Positions 1-9,747 of a stretch of DNA of 64,000 nucleotides are shown here, in pieces. Within the stretch, counting starts at the first letter, position 1, and each line of letters starts with the position of its first letter. Source of the DNA: an uncultured Thermoleophilia bacterium. Its GTDB lineage: Bacteria > Actinomycetota > Thermoleophilia > Gaiellales > Gaiellaceae. The stretch is taken from contig CAWDWI010000013.1 of NCBI GenBank assembly GCA_963806025.1, forward strand, positions 100,478 through 164,477, given 5' to 3'. The notes under the pieces are model-generated. The model did no database searches and was not told the origin of the DNA. It worked only from the letters and a program-made list of their open reading frames with translations. Made by a program: the position numbers and the translations under genes.

Positions 1-762
1 AACCTTCGGGAACAGCGCGTCCATGTCCCGGCCGACCATCGCCAGGATCACCGACTGCGTCGTCAGCTCTTCGACCGGTTTCGTCAGAACATGACGGCCG
101 TCGCGCATGACGGTGACCCGCTGGCAGATCGCAAAGATCTCTTCGAGCCGGTGCGAAACGAAGAGCACGGCGTTGCCGTGCTCGCGCAATGTCTCGACGA
201 TCTCGAACAGCTGGGCCACCTCGGTGCTGGTCAACGCAGCCGTCGGCTCATCCATCACGATCACTCGAGCGTTCGTCGTCAACGCCTTGGCGATCTCGAC
301 GAGCTGCTGGTCGGCGATCGAAAGCCCCCTCGCCAGGCGGTCCGGGTCGAGCCGGACACCCAGCTGTCCGAAAACCGCCGTCGCCTCGCGCCGCATCCGC
401 CTGGCATCGATACGACGGAATCGCTTGAGCGGCTGCACGCCGACGAACATGTTCTCGGCGACCGTCAGGTCGGGGAAGAGCGTCGGCTCCTGAAAGATGA
501 TGGCGATCCCGGCACCCTGTGACTGCTTGGCGTTGTCGAAGATCGCTTCGTCACCGTCGAGCAGGAGGCGGCCGGCGTCGGGCCGATGGACGCCCGCGAG
601 AATCTTGACCAAGGTGGACTTGCCGGCGCCGTTCTCCCCGACCAACCCGTGCACCTCACCGGCACGGAGCTGGATGTCTCCATCCTCGAGGGCATGAACA
701 GCGCCGAAGCTCTTCTGGGCGTGTTCGAGTGAGAGGACCGGGCTTGGCTGGGGTGTGGTCAC
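1..762 (-). CDS. Sugar (rhamnose-type) ABC transporter ATP-binding protein, N-terminal half; the 3' end runs off the window
   Basis: Own minus-strand translation from GTG at 762. It reads VTTPQPSPVLSLEHAQKSFGAVHAL...GENGAGKST (Walker A), then LSIADQQLVEIAKAL (ABC signature), VIVMDEPTAAL (Walker B) and FVSHRLEEIF. It is absent from the ORF track because it is truncated. It lies downstream of the binding protein in the rha operon. Confidence 0.85.
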   Translation of the reverse strand, partial: MTTPQPSPVLSLEHAQKSFGAVHALEDGDIQLRAGEVHGLVGENGAGKSTLVKILAGVHRPDAGRLLLDGDEAIFDNAKQSQGAGIAIIFQEPTLFPDLTVAENMFVGVQPLKRFRRIDARRMRREATAVFGQLGVRLDPDRLARGLSIADQQLVEIAKALTTNARVIVMDEPTAALTSTEVAQLFEIVETLREHGNAVLFVSHRLEEIFAICQRVTVMRDGRHVLTKPVEELTTQSVILAMVGRDMDALFPKV

Positions 763-813
763 GATCGGCGTTGAGAAGGGGGCGCCGCACCGGCGGCGCC
801 CCCTTGGTCGTTC

Positions 814-1830
814 CTAGAACTTGAACTTGTCGACGTTCTTGATGGTGAACGTGTAGGGCGGTCCGAGGACGACCTGCGGCCGTCCGTCCGGGCCTCTGAT
901 GATGACGTAATGTCCGAGCTTGCCGGCCTTGAACGTCTGGCCGACCTTGCCCGTGATGCTGCCGTCGGCAAGCGCGGAAACCGCGTAGCCCGCGAGGTAC
1001 CCGAGGTCCTCTGGGTTCCACAGCTGGAACGCCGTGACGGTGTGGTTATGGACGTATGTCTTCATCTGACTCGGCAGCCCGAGACCCGTGAGAACGACCT
1101 TGCCCTTGTACTTCGAATGGGAGAGGTACTGCGCGGCGGACGAGATCCCGACCGTCGTGGGCGACTCGATCCCCTTCAGGTTCGGGTACGCCTGCAGCAT
1201 GCTCACGGTCGCCTGGCGGGACTGAGCTGGGTTGTCGTTGCCGTAATAGATCTTCACGAGCTTCATGTTCTTGTACGTGGACTTCTTCAGCTCGTCCTTC
1301 ATGTACTTGATCCAGGCGTTCTGGTTCGTGGCCGTCGAGGCCGCGGACAGAATCGCGAACTGACCCTTGTACTTCATCAGCTTGCCCAGCAGCTGGATCT
1401 GGCTCCGGCCGATCGTCTCGGTGTCCGCCTGGTTGATGAACAGCTGGCGGCAGTTGACGTCCGAGTCGAAGGCAACGATCTTCGTGCCTTGCGCCTGGGC
1501 CTGCTGGAGTGCCGGGCACACGGCCTGCGGGTCGTTGCCGGCAATGACGATGCCGGCGGCGTGTGACTGAATTGCGGCCTGAATCGCCGGCTGCTGCGCG
1601 GCAGCGGTGTCTTCCGTCCCCGAGGAGACGACCTGCGTGTCGCCGAGCTCCGTGAGGGCGAGCTTGCCGCCGTGGTCGGCGATCACCTCGTACGGGTTCA
1701 GTGTGTCCTTGGGGATGTAGTAGAACGTCTTCCCGGCCGTGGAGCGGCTCGAAGCCGCCAGGGCGGCCGTCACAGCGACACCTGCTACGAGGACCGCCGC
1801 GACGACAATCGCCCAATTGCGCTTGTGCAT
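814..1830 (-). CDS. Rhamnose-type ABC transporter periplasmic substrate-binding protein (RhaS-like, Rhizobium nomenclature)
   Basis: 338-aa ORF with an N-terminal signal/anchor (MHKRNWAIVVAAVLVAGVAVTAALAAS). The body resembles periplasmic-binding-protein type I sugar binders (IVIAGNDPQA, KIVAFDSDV, FAILSAASTATNQNAWI). Located between rhaEW and the ABC ATPase. Confidence 0.75.
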   Translation of the reverse strand: MHKRNWAIVVAAVLVAGVAVTAALAASSRSTAGKTFYYIPKDTLNPYEVIADHGGKLALTELGDTQVVSSGTEDTAAAQQPAIQAAIQSHAAGIVIAGNDPQAVCPALQQAQAQGTKIVAFDSDVNCRQLFINQADTETIGRSQIQLLGKLMKYKGQFAILSAASTATNQNAWIKYMKDELKKSTYKNMKLVKIYYGNDNPAQSRQATVSMLQAYPNLKGIESPTTVGISSAAQYLSHSKYKGKVVLTGLGLPSQMKTYVHNHTVTAFQLWNPEDLGYLAGYAVSALADGSITGKVGQTFKAGKLGHYVIIRGPDGRPQVVLGPPYTFTIKNVDKFKF

Positions 1831-1891
1831 CGATGGTTCCTTTCGCCTGATGGTTGGATGGACGAACCGGTGGATGTGCGCCTCCTTCGCA

Positions 1892-4000
1892 CTACCGGGG
1901 GTACGCGGCGGTCACGCCGCCATCGACGTTGACGATGTTTCCGGTTGACTTGTTGGAGCGCGGCCCGGCGAAGAACGCGATCGCTTCAGCGACGTCGTTG
2001 GGAAAGACGTCGACGCCGAGCTTCGTGCGCTTGCGGTAGAAGCCCTGCAGATCGTCCTCGGTCACGCCGTACGTGCTCGCCCGCTCGGCCTTCCAGTCGG
2101 ACGACCAAATGCCGGAGTCCTGAATCACTGCATCGGGATTGACCGTGTTGACGCGGATCCCGTGCGGACCGCCCTCCTCGGCGAGACAACGCGCGAGATG
2201 AAGCGATGCTGCCTTGGCGGAGGAGTACGCCGCAGCATTCGCGCCGGCGACGAGGGCGTTCTTCGATCCGACGAACACGACCGACCCGCCGCGCCCCTGC
2301 TCGATCAGCACGCGGAACGTCTCACGTGCGGCGAGGAAATAGCCTTGAGCGAGCACAGCGAAGTTGCGTTCCCACTCCTCGACGCTCGTTTCCGTCACCG
2401 AGGCACTGGTTGCAAGACCTGCGGACGCGACGAGGATGTCGAGGCCGCCATATTCGAGCACGGTGCTGCGGGTCATCTCGACGACGGCCTGCTCGTCGGT
2501 CACGTCGACATGAACGGCGCAGGCCCGACGAAGACCGTGCTCGGCAACGATCTCGTCGGCCACCTCGCCTGCGCCGTCGACGTTGAGATCCGCGATGACG
2601 ACGTGCGCCCCGCGTGCCGCCAGCGCACGCGCAGCGGCGCGGCCGATACCGCTCGCCCCACCGGTGATCAACGCGACCCGGCCGGCGAGCTCGCCCGCGG
2701 GCGGTGCCTGGGCGAGCTTGTAACGCTCGAGCGGCCAGTACTCGATCGCAAACGCCTCTGCCTCGCTGAGCGAGCGGAACCCGCCCAGGGCATCGGCCGC
2801 GCCTTCGACGGCGATCGCGCGGTGATAGAGATCGCGTGAGACGCGCGCCCGAGACGCGTCGGCGCCGGTCGTGACGATGCCGATGCCCGGGATGAGCACC
2901 ACGCGCGGCCCTGCGGGATCAATCGGGAACCGCCGAGTCTCGTCGTCGAGGTGACGCTCGTAGTAGGAGCGATACCAGGTCGAGAATTCCTCGACTCCTC
3001 GACGAAGCGCGGCGGACAGCTCGGCGGCACCGTCCTTCGCCGGATCGAAGTCGACGACGAGCGGGCGATGTTTCGTGTTGACCAAATGGTCGGGGCAAGG
3101 CGCGCCGATCTGGCTGACCTCGGGCGCTCGAGCCGATGACGCAAAGGCGATCGCCTCCGGGCTCTGGTCGACCTCGAGGATGAGCTGCTCGGTGTCCACC
3201 AGAAGGGCGCCGCGGAGCGCAGGGAGGGATTGCGAAAGGAAGGAGCGCGCACTCCTCTCCCCGAGCTCCGCGACCGGCTGGCCCCCCAGCCCGAACCGAC
3301 CGCGCGCTGCTGTGTCGATCGCGCGGGCGGCCCGCGAGACGAACTCGATCGTCGCCTCGTAACTCTCCTCACCGCTCTCTCCCCAGGTCACCAGCCCGTG
3401 CCGCTCGAGCAGCACAGCCCGCGCCTCCGGATGCTCGCGCAGGAGGATCGCGATGCGGCGGGACATGTCGAATCCAGGCCGTTGGTAGTCCAGCCAGACG
3501 GCCTCGTCCCCGAACGCGTCCGCGGCGAGCTGCCGGCCGTTCGGCGTCGAGGTCAGCGCGATCACCGCGTCCGGGTGCGTGTGGTCGACGTGCGCCGCTG
3601 GAACGAACGCATGCAGAAGCGTCTCGATCGAAGGCCTCGGCTGATCGGGGCGCACACTGCACCGCAGGAGGTACGCAACCATCGTCGCGTCGTCCATCTC
3701 CTCGCGACCTTCGAGCGGAAGCAGCTCGTCGAGCCGCAGTCCCGGGAACCCGCCGGCCGTGATCGTCGCCAGGTCGGTGCCCGACCCCTTCACCCAGAGA
3801 ACGCGAACCTCGCGACCCACGTGGTCGGTCACCGTCTCCTTCGCCGAGGTGTTCCCTCCCCCGATGTTCGCGAGCGCCCGATCGGCCCCGAGCAGGTTCG
3901 AGCGATAGACGAGAGCGTCGAGGACGTCCAGGCTCTCGGCAGGCGACTCCCACCGATTCTGGGGCGCGGGAATCCCCCGCAGCACACCGGTCACGCTCAT
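1892..4000 (-). CDS. rhaEW: Bifunctional L-rhamnulose-1-phosphate aldolase / L-lactaldehyde dehydrogenase (class II aldolase domain + SDR domain)
   Basis: 702 aa. The N-terminal half is class II aldolase/adducin-like (GGGNTSAKE, HVDHTHPDAVIAL). The C-terminal half is a short-chain dehydrogenase (ALITGGASGIGRAAA Rossmann motif, YSSAKAA catalytic Tyr-x3-Lys). ATGA start/stop overlap with rhaB. Confidence 0.85.
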   Translation of the reverse strand: MSVTGVLRGIPAPQNRWESPAESLDVLDALVYRSNLLGADRALANIGGGNTSAKETVTDHVGREVRVLWVKGSGTDLATITAGGFPGLRLDELLPLEGREEMDDATMVAYLLRCSVRPDQPRPSIETLLHAFVPAAHVDHTHPDAVIALTSTPNGRQLAADAFGDEAVWLDYQRPGFDMSRRIAILLREHPEARAVLLERHGLVTWGESGEESYEATIEFVSRAARAIDTAARGRFGLGGQPVAELGERSARSFLSQSLPALRGALLVDTEQLILEVDQSPEAIAFASSARAPEVSQIGAPCPDHLVNTKHRPLVVDFDPAKDGAAELSAALRRGVEEFSTWYRSYYERHLDDETRRFPIDPAGPRVVLIPGIGIVTTGADASRARVSRDLYHRAIAVEGAADALGGFRSLSEAEAFAIEYWPLERYKLAQAPPAGELAGRVALITGGASGIGRAAARALAARGAHVVIADLNVDGAGEVADEIVAEHGLRRACAVHVDVTDEQAVVEMTRSTVLEYGGLDILVASAGLATSASVTETSVEEWERNFAVLAQGYFLAARETFRVLIEQGRGGSVVFVGSKNALVAGANAAAYSSAKAASLHLARCLAEEGGPHGIRVNTVNPDAVIQDSGIWSSDWKAERASTYGVTEDDLQGFYRKRTKLGVDVFPNDVAEAIAFFAGPRSNKSTGNIVNVDGGVTAAYPR

Positions 4001-5478
4001 GCGATCCTCTCCAGCCCTGCACCGCTCGCGAGACCGGCGAAGCGCGCGCGTGCTTCCTGCCAGCCGGCATCGGGCGCGGGCTCGTAAACAACAGGCTCGA
4101 ACGACGCACGGACGACATCGCGCGCCTCCTGCAGGGATCCGATCTCACCGAGCGCCATCGCCTGCACGAGCAGGTTGCCGACCACGGTCGCTTCCTCCGG
4201 TCCGGCGACGACGGGCAGGCCGGCCGCACTCGCCGTCCAGCCGCAGAGCAGGGCATTGCGAGCGCCTCCGCCGACGACGTGCAGCGTGCTGGGTGTCGAG
4301 CCGGTCACCGAGTGGAGCAGGTCGATGGTCTCGGCGTGCTTCAACGCCAGGCTCTCGAGGACGCAGCGGACGGTCTCTCCGATGCCGCCGAGCTCGGTCT
4401 GCTCCGTCTCGCGGCAGAACGTACGAATGCGAGCCGGCATGTCGCCGGGCTCGAGGAACATCGTGGCGTTCGGGTCGACGAACGAGACGAACGGCGGCGC
4501 CGCTGCGGCCAGTGCGACGAGCTCGTCGAGCCCGAGCTCGGTCCCCTCGCCGGCCCAGTGACGCCGACATTCGTCGAGCAGCCACAGGCCGGTGACGTTG
4601 CGGAGGAGCCGGAAGGTTCCCGCCACGCCACCCTCGTTCGTCAGGTTCGCGGCAAACGAGTCGTCGCTGATCACGGGGCGGCCGACCTCGACACCGACGA
4701 GCGACCAGGTGCCGATGCTCAGGAACACGGAAGCGTCGTCCACGAGTGGCACCGCCACGACAGCCGACCCGGTGTCGTGCGTCGCGACCGCTATCACCTG
4801 CGCGCGGTCCAGCCCCGTTTCGTCGGCGACGTCCGGCAAGAGCGGCGCCAACGGCGTCCCCGGCGCGACGATCTCCGGAAACACCTTCGTGGGGATGTCG
4901 AGCCGCCCCAGGAGATCGGTCGCCCAGTCGCCGGCAGACGGGTCGTAGCACTGGGTCGTCGTCGCGTTCGTGAACTCGGTGGTCTTGCTGCCGCAGAGCC
5001 AGAAGTGGAACAGATCGGGGATCAGGAGCAGCGTCGACGCTGCCTCGAGCGCCGAGTCGTTGTCGGCGGCCATCGCCGCCAGCTCGAAGATCGTGTTGAT
5101 CGGAAGCAACTGGATGCCGGTGCGCTCGTACAGCTCGCGCGGCGGGACCCGCCCGAACACGCCCGAGGCCGCCGCGGCCCGGCGAGCATTGCGGTAATGC
5201 AGCGGGGGCTCGACGAGCTCGTCGGCGGAGTCGAGCAGACCGAAGTCGACCGCCCACGAGTCGACAGCAACCGAGTCGATCACGTCGTCGCGTCCGGCAG
5301 CCGTCAGCCCGTCGAGAACATCAGAATGCAGGCGTTGCACATCCCAGCGCAGCAAGCCGCCGCCATGTGCGACGGGACCGTTGGCGAACCGATGTGCCTC
5401 GCGCATCGAGAGCCTTGAACCGTCGAAGTGCCCGACCGCGACACGCCCGCTCTGGGCACCGAGATCGACGGCTGCCAT
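3997..5478 (-). CDS. rhaB: Rhamnulokinase (FGGY carbohydrate kinase family)
   Basis: FGGY-like N-terminus MAAVDLGAQSGRVAVG, plus DSWAVDFGLL and HVVGGGARNALLC. The track ORF extends to 5694, but that extension overlaps the upstream DeoR gene. ATG at 5478 lies 9 nt after the DeoR stop (5487), so I chose 5478. Confidence 0.85.
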   Translation of the reverse strand: MAAVDLGAQSGRVAVGHFDGSRLSMREAHRFANGPVAHGGGLLRWDVQRLHSDVLDGLTAAGRDDVIDSVAVDSWAVDFGLLDSADELVEPPLHYRNARRAAAASGVFGRVPPRELYERTGIQLLPINTIFELAAMAADNDSALEAASTLLLIPDLFHFWLCGSKTTEFTNATTTQCYDPSAGDWATDLLGRLDIPTKVFPEIVAPGTPLAPLLPDVADETGLDRAQVIAVATHDTGSAVVAVPLVDDASVFLSIGTWSLVGVEVGRPVISDDSFAANLTNEGGVAGTFRLLRNVTGLWLLDECRRHWAGEGTELGLDELVALAAAAPPFVSFVDPNATMFLEPGDMPARIRTFCRETEQTELGGIGETVRCVLESLALKHAETIDLLHSVTGSTPSTLHVVGGGARNALLCGWTASAAGLPVVAGPEEATVVGNLLVQAMALGEIGSLQEARDVVRASFEPVVYEPAPDAGWQEARARFAGLASGAGLERIA

Positions 5479-5486
5479 CGTCGCCA

Positions 5487-6389
5487 CTAGTTCAGGCCCT
5501 CGTCCCGGCGAACCGAGCGGCGGAGGTCGCGAGGCCGGACCGGCATGGGCTCGCCCGGGCCCGGATCGACGGAGATCACCTCGACGCCGGCAGAGCGCCA
5601 CGTCTGCACTTCTTCGTCGGGCGCGCTCGAGTCGGTGACGATCCCCGTGAGGTCCTCTGTCGAGACGAACGAGAGGAGCGCACTGCGATGCCACTTGGTG
5701 CCGTCACAGATGCCGTAGACCTGCTCGCAGGCGTCAGCCATCTCCTGCTTGATCCGCACCTCGTCGGGATTCAGGTCCATCAGACCACGCTCGAGGCTCA
5801 GCCCACGGGCGCCGAGGAATCCCTTGTTGATGCGTGTGGTCCGGAGAACGTCGGTGCCGAGGTCGCCGACGAGCGACATCGCCGAGAGCCGGAGCGTCCC
5901 GCCGGTGACGAGGACGGTGATGCCTGGGGCGTCGGCGAGCGCCGTTGCGACCAGCAGTCCGTTCGTCACGACCACGAGCTCACGCTTGGCACGCAGCTCG
6001 AGCGCGAGGTAGTAGGCGGTCGTGCTCGCATCGAGCGCAACCGCTTCGCCTTCGCCGACCAGCGCGGCCGCGGCCCTCGCGATCGCGCATTTGCGCGCGA
6101 CGTCGAGCCGGAGCCTGAGGTCGAACCCGACCTCCAGATGCCCCCGGCTGAGCGCCTGCACACCGCCGCGCACCCGGGCGACGAGGCCTTGCCGTGCCAT
6201 GGAGGTCAGATCGCTCCGGACCGTTACCTCCGAAACTGAAAACGATTCCGCAAGTTCCGCAACCGGAACGGAATCGCGCGTCTCGAGCAGTTCAAGCACC
6301 CGCCGCATGCGCTCTTCCTGCGACAAACCACGGAAATCACGAGGCTGGTCGATGAGCGCGACCCTACGCCCCCACCCGAAAGGTGTCAA
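5487..6389 (-). CDS. DeoR/GlpR-family transcriptional regulator, likely rhamnose regulon repressor
   Basis: The N-terminal HTH reads (SQEE)RMRRVLELLETRDSVPVAELAESFSVSEVTVRSDLTSM, followed by a DeoR sugar-binding C-domain. It is the first gene of the rhaB arm. The true start may be internal (ATG at 6308, or TTG near 6326). Confidence 0.8.
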   Translation of the reverse strand: MTPFGWGRRVALIDQPRDFRGLSQEERMRRVLELLETRDSVPVAELAESFSVSEVTVRSDLTSMARQGLVARVRGGVQALSRGHLEVGFDLRLRLDVARKCAIARAAAALVGEGEAVALDASTTAYYLALELRAKRELVVVTNGLLVATALADAPGITVLVTGGTLRLSAMSLVGDLGTDVLRTTRINKGFLGARGLSLERGLMDLNPDEVRIKQEMADACEQVYGICDGTKWHRSALLSFVSTEDLTGIVTDSSAPDEEVQTWRSAGVEVISVDPGPGEPMPVRPRDLRRSVRRDEGLN

Positions 6390-6403
6390 GAGCGATTTGT
6401 CTC

Positions 6404-6432
6404 AGCTTTCGAAACTGATCAAATCGAAAGCT
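6404..6432. promoter_or_regulatory. Perfect 9-bp inverted repeat AGCTTTCGA-N11-TCGAAAGCT in the AT-richer divergent rhaR/rhaI intergenic region; candidate operator
   Basis: Read directly: agctttcga aactgatcaaa tcgaaagct. It is flanked by TGATC..ATCG half-site-like direct repeats (tgatcaaatcg / tgatcgcgaatcg). It sits between the divergent rhamnose operons. Confidence 0.45.
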
Positions 6433-6471
6433 CATTCGTAAATTGATCGCGAATCGTGCAGACTCTCGGCC

Positions 6472-7629
6472 ATGGACGAGACCTCTGCCCTCGAACACCT
6501 CCGCGGGCTCGAGATCGAGACGCCCTCCTGGGGCTATGCCAACTCGGGCACGCGCTTCCACGTCTACCCCTGGCCGGGCGCCGCGCGCACGGTCGAGGAG
6601 CGGATCGCCGACGCCGCCCTCGTGCACAGGCTCACCGGCACCTGCCCGCGCGTTGCGTTGCACATCCCCTGGGATGCGGTCGCCGACTACGGCGACCTGC
6701 GACGGCTCGCGGCCGAGCAAGGCCTCGGGATCGGCGCGATCAATCCCAACCTCTTCGGCGACGACGACTACCGGCTCGGAAGCCTTTGCCACCCCGACCT
6801 GACCGTGCGACAGAAGGCGGTCGAGCACTGCCGTGAATGCATTCGGATCGCCGAGCAGGTCGACTCGAACGTCATCAGCCTCTGGCTTGCAGACGGCACC
6901 AACTATCCCGGCCAGGACGACCTCCGCAGCCGCCGTGCGCGCCTCATCGACGGGCTCGAGCAGATCTACGCGTCGCTTCCCCCGGAGATGAGACTGCTAG
7001 TCGAGTACAAATTCTTCGAACCGGGCTTCTACAGCACCGACCTGCCCGACTGGGGAACAGCGGCGATGCTCTGCCGGCGCCTCGGCCCGCAGGCGCAGGT
7101 GCTCGTCGACACCGGCCACCATCCGCAGGGCACGAACGTCGAGCAGATCGTTGCAGTGCTGCTGGGTGAAGGGTTGCTTGGCGGCTTCCACTTCAACAAC
7201 CGCAAGTACGCCGACGACGACCTGATCGTCGGATCCATCGATCCGTTCGAGCTCTTCCGGATCATGCGCGAGATCGCGGCCGGTGATGCAGGCAACGTTG
7301 CGTACATGATCGACCAGTCGCACAACGTCGAGGGGAAGATCGACGCGATGATCCAGTCGGTGCTGAACATTCAGACCGCCTATGCGAAGGCGCTGCTCGT
7401 GGACGAGCAGCGCCTCGCGGAGACCCAGCTTGCCGGAGACGTGCTCGGCGGCTACCGGATCCTCCTCGAGGCGTACGAGACCGACGTGCGCCCACTGCTC
7501 CTGCGGCTTCGGTCTCAGCTCGGCGTCGCAGACGATCCGGTGGCGGCCTTTCGCGAAGGAGGGTACGGAGCTGAGCTCGCACGCGAGCGCGGCACGGCGT
7601 CGGTCGAGAGCGCATACGAGCAAACGTGA
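6472..7629 (+). CDS. rhaI: L-rhamnose isomerase (xylose-isomerase-like TIM barrel, actinobacterial/Pseudomonas stutzeri type)
   Basis: 385 aa. The N-terminus LEIETPSWGYANSGTRFHVY is typical of this RhaI type. The length fits and the gene heads the divergent rha arm. Confidence 0.8.
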   Translation: MDETSALEHLRGLEIETPSWGYANSGTRFHVYPWPGAARTVEERIADAALVHRLTGTCPRVALHIPWDAVADYGDLRRLAAEQGLGIGAINPNLFGDDDYRLGSLCHPDLTVRQKAVEHCRECIRIAEQVDSNVISLWLADGTNYPGQDDLRSRRARLIDGLEQIYASLPPEMRLLVEYKFFEPGFYSTDLPDWGTAAMLCRRLGPQAQVLVDTGHHPQGTNVEQIVAVLLGEGLLGGFHFNNRKYADDDLIVGSIDPFELFRIMREIAAGDAGNVAYMIDQSHNVEGKIDAMIQSVLNIQTAYAKALLVDEQRLAETQLAGDVLGGYRILLEAYETDVRPLLLRLRSQLGVADDPVAAFREGGYGAELARERGTASVESAYEQT

Positions 7630-7648
7630 CGACGAAGGGTGGCACCCG

Positions 7649-8320
7649 GTGCGCATCGCCCTCTTCGTGACCTGCATCGGCGACACGTTGTTCCCCGACG
7701 CCGGACGCGCGACGGTGCAGGTGCTGGAGCAGCTGGGGCACGAGGTGGTGTTCCCCGACGAGCAGACCTGTTGTGGGCAGATGCACCTGAACAGCGGCTA
7801 TGCGCGGGAGGCCGGAAGGCTCGGACGCCGGTTCAGCGAGATCTTCGGGGGCTTCGAGGCGGTGGTGTCGCCGTCCTCCTCGTGTGTCGGGACGGTGCGG
7901 GAGACGCTGGCCATGGACAACGTCTTCGAGCTGTCCGAGCTGCTGGTACGGCGCTTCGGGGTCGAAGACGTCGGTGCATCGTTCTCGGGCCGCGTCACCT
8001 ACCACTCCACCTGTCACTCGTTGCGCGTGACTCGGGTCGGCGACGCGCCGCTCCGCTTGCTGCGCAATGTGCGCGGACTCGAGCTGGTCGAGTTGCCGCG
8101 TGCCGATGAGTGCTGCGGCTTCGGCGGGACGTTCGCGATCAAGAACGCCGAGACGTCGAGTGCAATGCTCGCGGACAAGTGCGCTGCGATCGAGTCGACC
8201 GGCGCGCAGGTCTGCACCGCGCTCGACAGCTCGTGCCTGCTCCAGATCGGCGGGGGCCTCGCTCGCCGCGACTCGTCGGTTCGAACCGTCCACCTCGCCG
8301 AGATCCTCGCGTCGACGTGA
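7649..8320 (+). CDS. lutA: L-lactate utilization protein LutA ((Fe-S)-binding, CCG-domain oxidoreductase)
   Basis: Starts VRIALFVTCIGDTLFPD at GTG 7649, in frame with track ORF 7382..8320. Two CCG motifs are present (EQTCCGQ, ADECCGFGG). GTGA overlap with lutB. Confidence 0.8.
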   Translation: MRIALFVTCIGDTLFPDAGRATVQVLEQLGHEVVFPDEQTCCGQMHLNSGYAREAGRLGRRFSEIFGGFEAVVSPSSSCVGTVRETLAMDNVFELSELLVRRFGVEDVGASFSGRVTYHSTCHSLRVTRVGDAPLRLLRNVRGLELVELPRADECCGFGGTFAIKNAETSSAMLADKCAAIESTGAQVCTALDSSCLLQIGGGLARRDSSVRTVHLAEILAST

Positions 8321-9702
8321 CCAGCTTTCCGGACGCCGCCCGGGTCGAACTGGCCAACGTCCAGCTGCGGACGAACCTCCGAAACGCGACGGACACGATC
8401 CGAGCGAAACGCGCCAGGGTCGTGGCGGAACTGCCCGACTGGGAGGAGCTTCGCGAAGCGGGGAAGGCGATCAAGACCGAGGTGCTCGCGAAGCTCCCCG
8501 AGTACCTGCTCCAGTTCGAAGCGGCGGTCCAGGCTGCGGGCGGTCACGTCCACTGGGCGCGTGACGCGGCCGAGGCGAACAGCATCGTTGCCGAGGTCGC
8601 TCGCGCACACGGCGTCGATGAGGTGGTCAAGGTCAAGTCGCTCACGACCGACGAGATCGGGCTCAACGAGGCGCTCGAGGCAGAAGGAATCCACGCGATC
8701 GAGACGGACTTCGCCGAGCTGATCCTTCAGCTCGACGGAGACTGGTCTTCGCACATCCTGGTGCCGGCGATCCACCGCAACCGCACCGAGATCCGCGACC
8801 TCTTCGCACGGACGATCGCTCCCGGCATCGGCTCCGACGAGCCGAGCGACCTGGCCGAGGCGGCGCGGCTCTATTTGCGCGAGCGGTTCCTGGCTGCACG
8901 TGTCGGGGTCAGCGGCGCGAACTTCGGCATCGCCGAGACCGGCACCGTCTGCGTCGTCGAATCCGAAGGTAACGGTCGGATGTGCACCACCTTGCCACCT
9001 GTCCTCATCACGGTGCTCGGGATCGAGAAGCTTCTGCCCCGCTTCTCCGACCTGGAGGTGTTCCTTCAACTGCTTCCGCGCTCCTCCACCGGCGAGCGAA
9101 TGAACCCGTACACGTCGCTGTGGACCGGCGTGACCGCCGACGACGGCCCCCAGGAGTTCCACGTCGTGCTGCTCGACAACGGCCGCACCCGCGTGCTGCG
9201 CGACGATGTCGGCAAGGAGGCGCTGCATTGCATCCGCTGCAGCGCCTGCCTGAACGTCTGCCCGGTCTACTCCCGCACCGGCGGCCACGCGTACGGCTCG
9301 GTCTACCCGGGCCCGATCGGTGCGATCCTCGTGCCGCAGTTGATCGGGATCGAGAACGCTGCAACACTCCCCTTCGCATCCAGCCTCTGTGGCGCCTGCT
9401 ACGAGGTCTGCCCGGTCAAGATCGACATCCCAAAAGTGCTCCTGCACCTGCGGGCAAAAGCAGTCGAAGCAAAAGGCAACTCACCCGAACGAGCTCTGAT
9501 GCGCTCGCTCGCCTGGGTCTTCGCCGGCCCTCGCCGACTCGCCGCCGCCCAGCGACTCGGCCGCCTCGGCCAGCGGCCCTTCGTCCACCAAGGCTCGATC
9601 CACCGCCTCCCCGGACCGCTCGCCCGCTGGACCCGCACACGCGACCTCCAACCGCTCCCCCGCGAGAGCTTCCGCTCCTGGTGGCAGCGGGAGCGCAAGT
9701 GA
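8317..9702 (+). CDS. lutB: L-lactate utilization protein LutB (4Fe-4S ferredoxin-type iron-sulfur protein)
   Basis: GTG at 8317 overlaps the lutA TGA. Two ferredoxin clusters are present (CIRCSACLNVCP, CGACYEVCP), plus the DUF162/LUD region (GANFGIAETGTVCVVESEGN). Confidence 0.85.
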   Translation: MTSFPDAARVELANVQLRTNLRNATDTIRAKRARVVAELPDWEELREAGKAIKTEVLAKLPEYLLQFEAAVQAAGGHVHWARDAAEANSIVAEVARAHGVDEVVKVKSLTTDEIGLNEALEAEGIHAIETDFAELILQLDGDWSSHILVPAIHRNRTEIRDLFARTIAPGIGSDEPSDLAEAARLYLRERFLAARVGVSGANFGIAETGTVCVVESEGNGRMCTTLPPVLITVLGIEKLLPRFSDLEVFLQLLPRSSTGERMNPYTSLWTGVTADDGPQEFHVVLLDNGRTRVLRDDVGKEALHCIRCSACLNVCPVYSRTGGHAYGSVYPGPIGAILVPQLIGIENAATLPFASSLCGACYEVCPVKIDIPKVLLHLRAKAVEAKGNSPERALMRSLAWVFAGPRRLAAAQRLGRLGQRPFVHQGSIHRLPGPLARWTRTRDLQPLPRESFRSWWQRERK

Positions 9703-9747
9703 GCCAAGCCCGGAAACAGATCCTGGAACGGATCGCCGCAGCGAGCG

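Noticed and set aside
3997-5694. 72-codon N-terminal extension of rhaB, and similar extensions of 15621..17435, 19968..20921, 38939..39550, 28548..32387
   Set aside because: The extensions overlap the upstream genes or are Arg/Pro-rich. Internal starts give canonical N-termini (FGGY motif, signal peptides, CNB start) with sensible spacing to neighbours.
7262-9447. Long minus-strand ORFs (343 aa, 477 aa) opposite lutA/lutB
   Set aside because: They are shadow ORFs. The plus strand carries unambiguous CCG and 4Fe-4S motifs.
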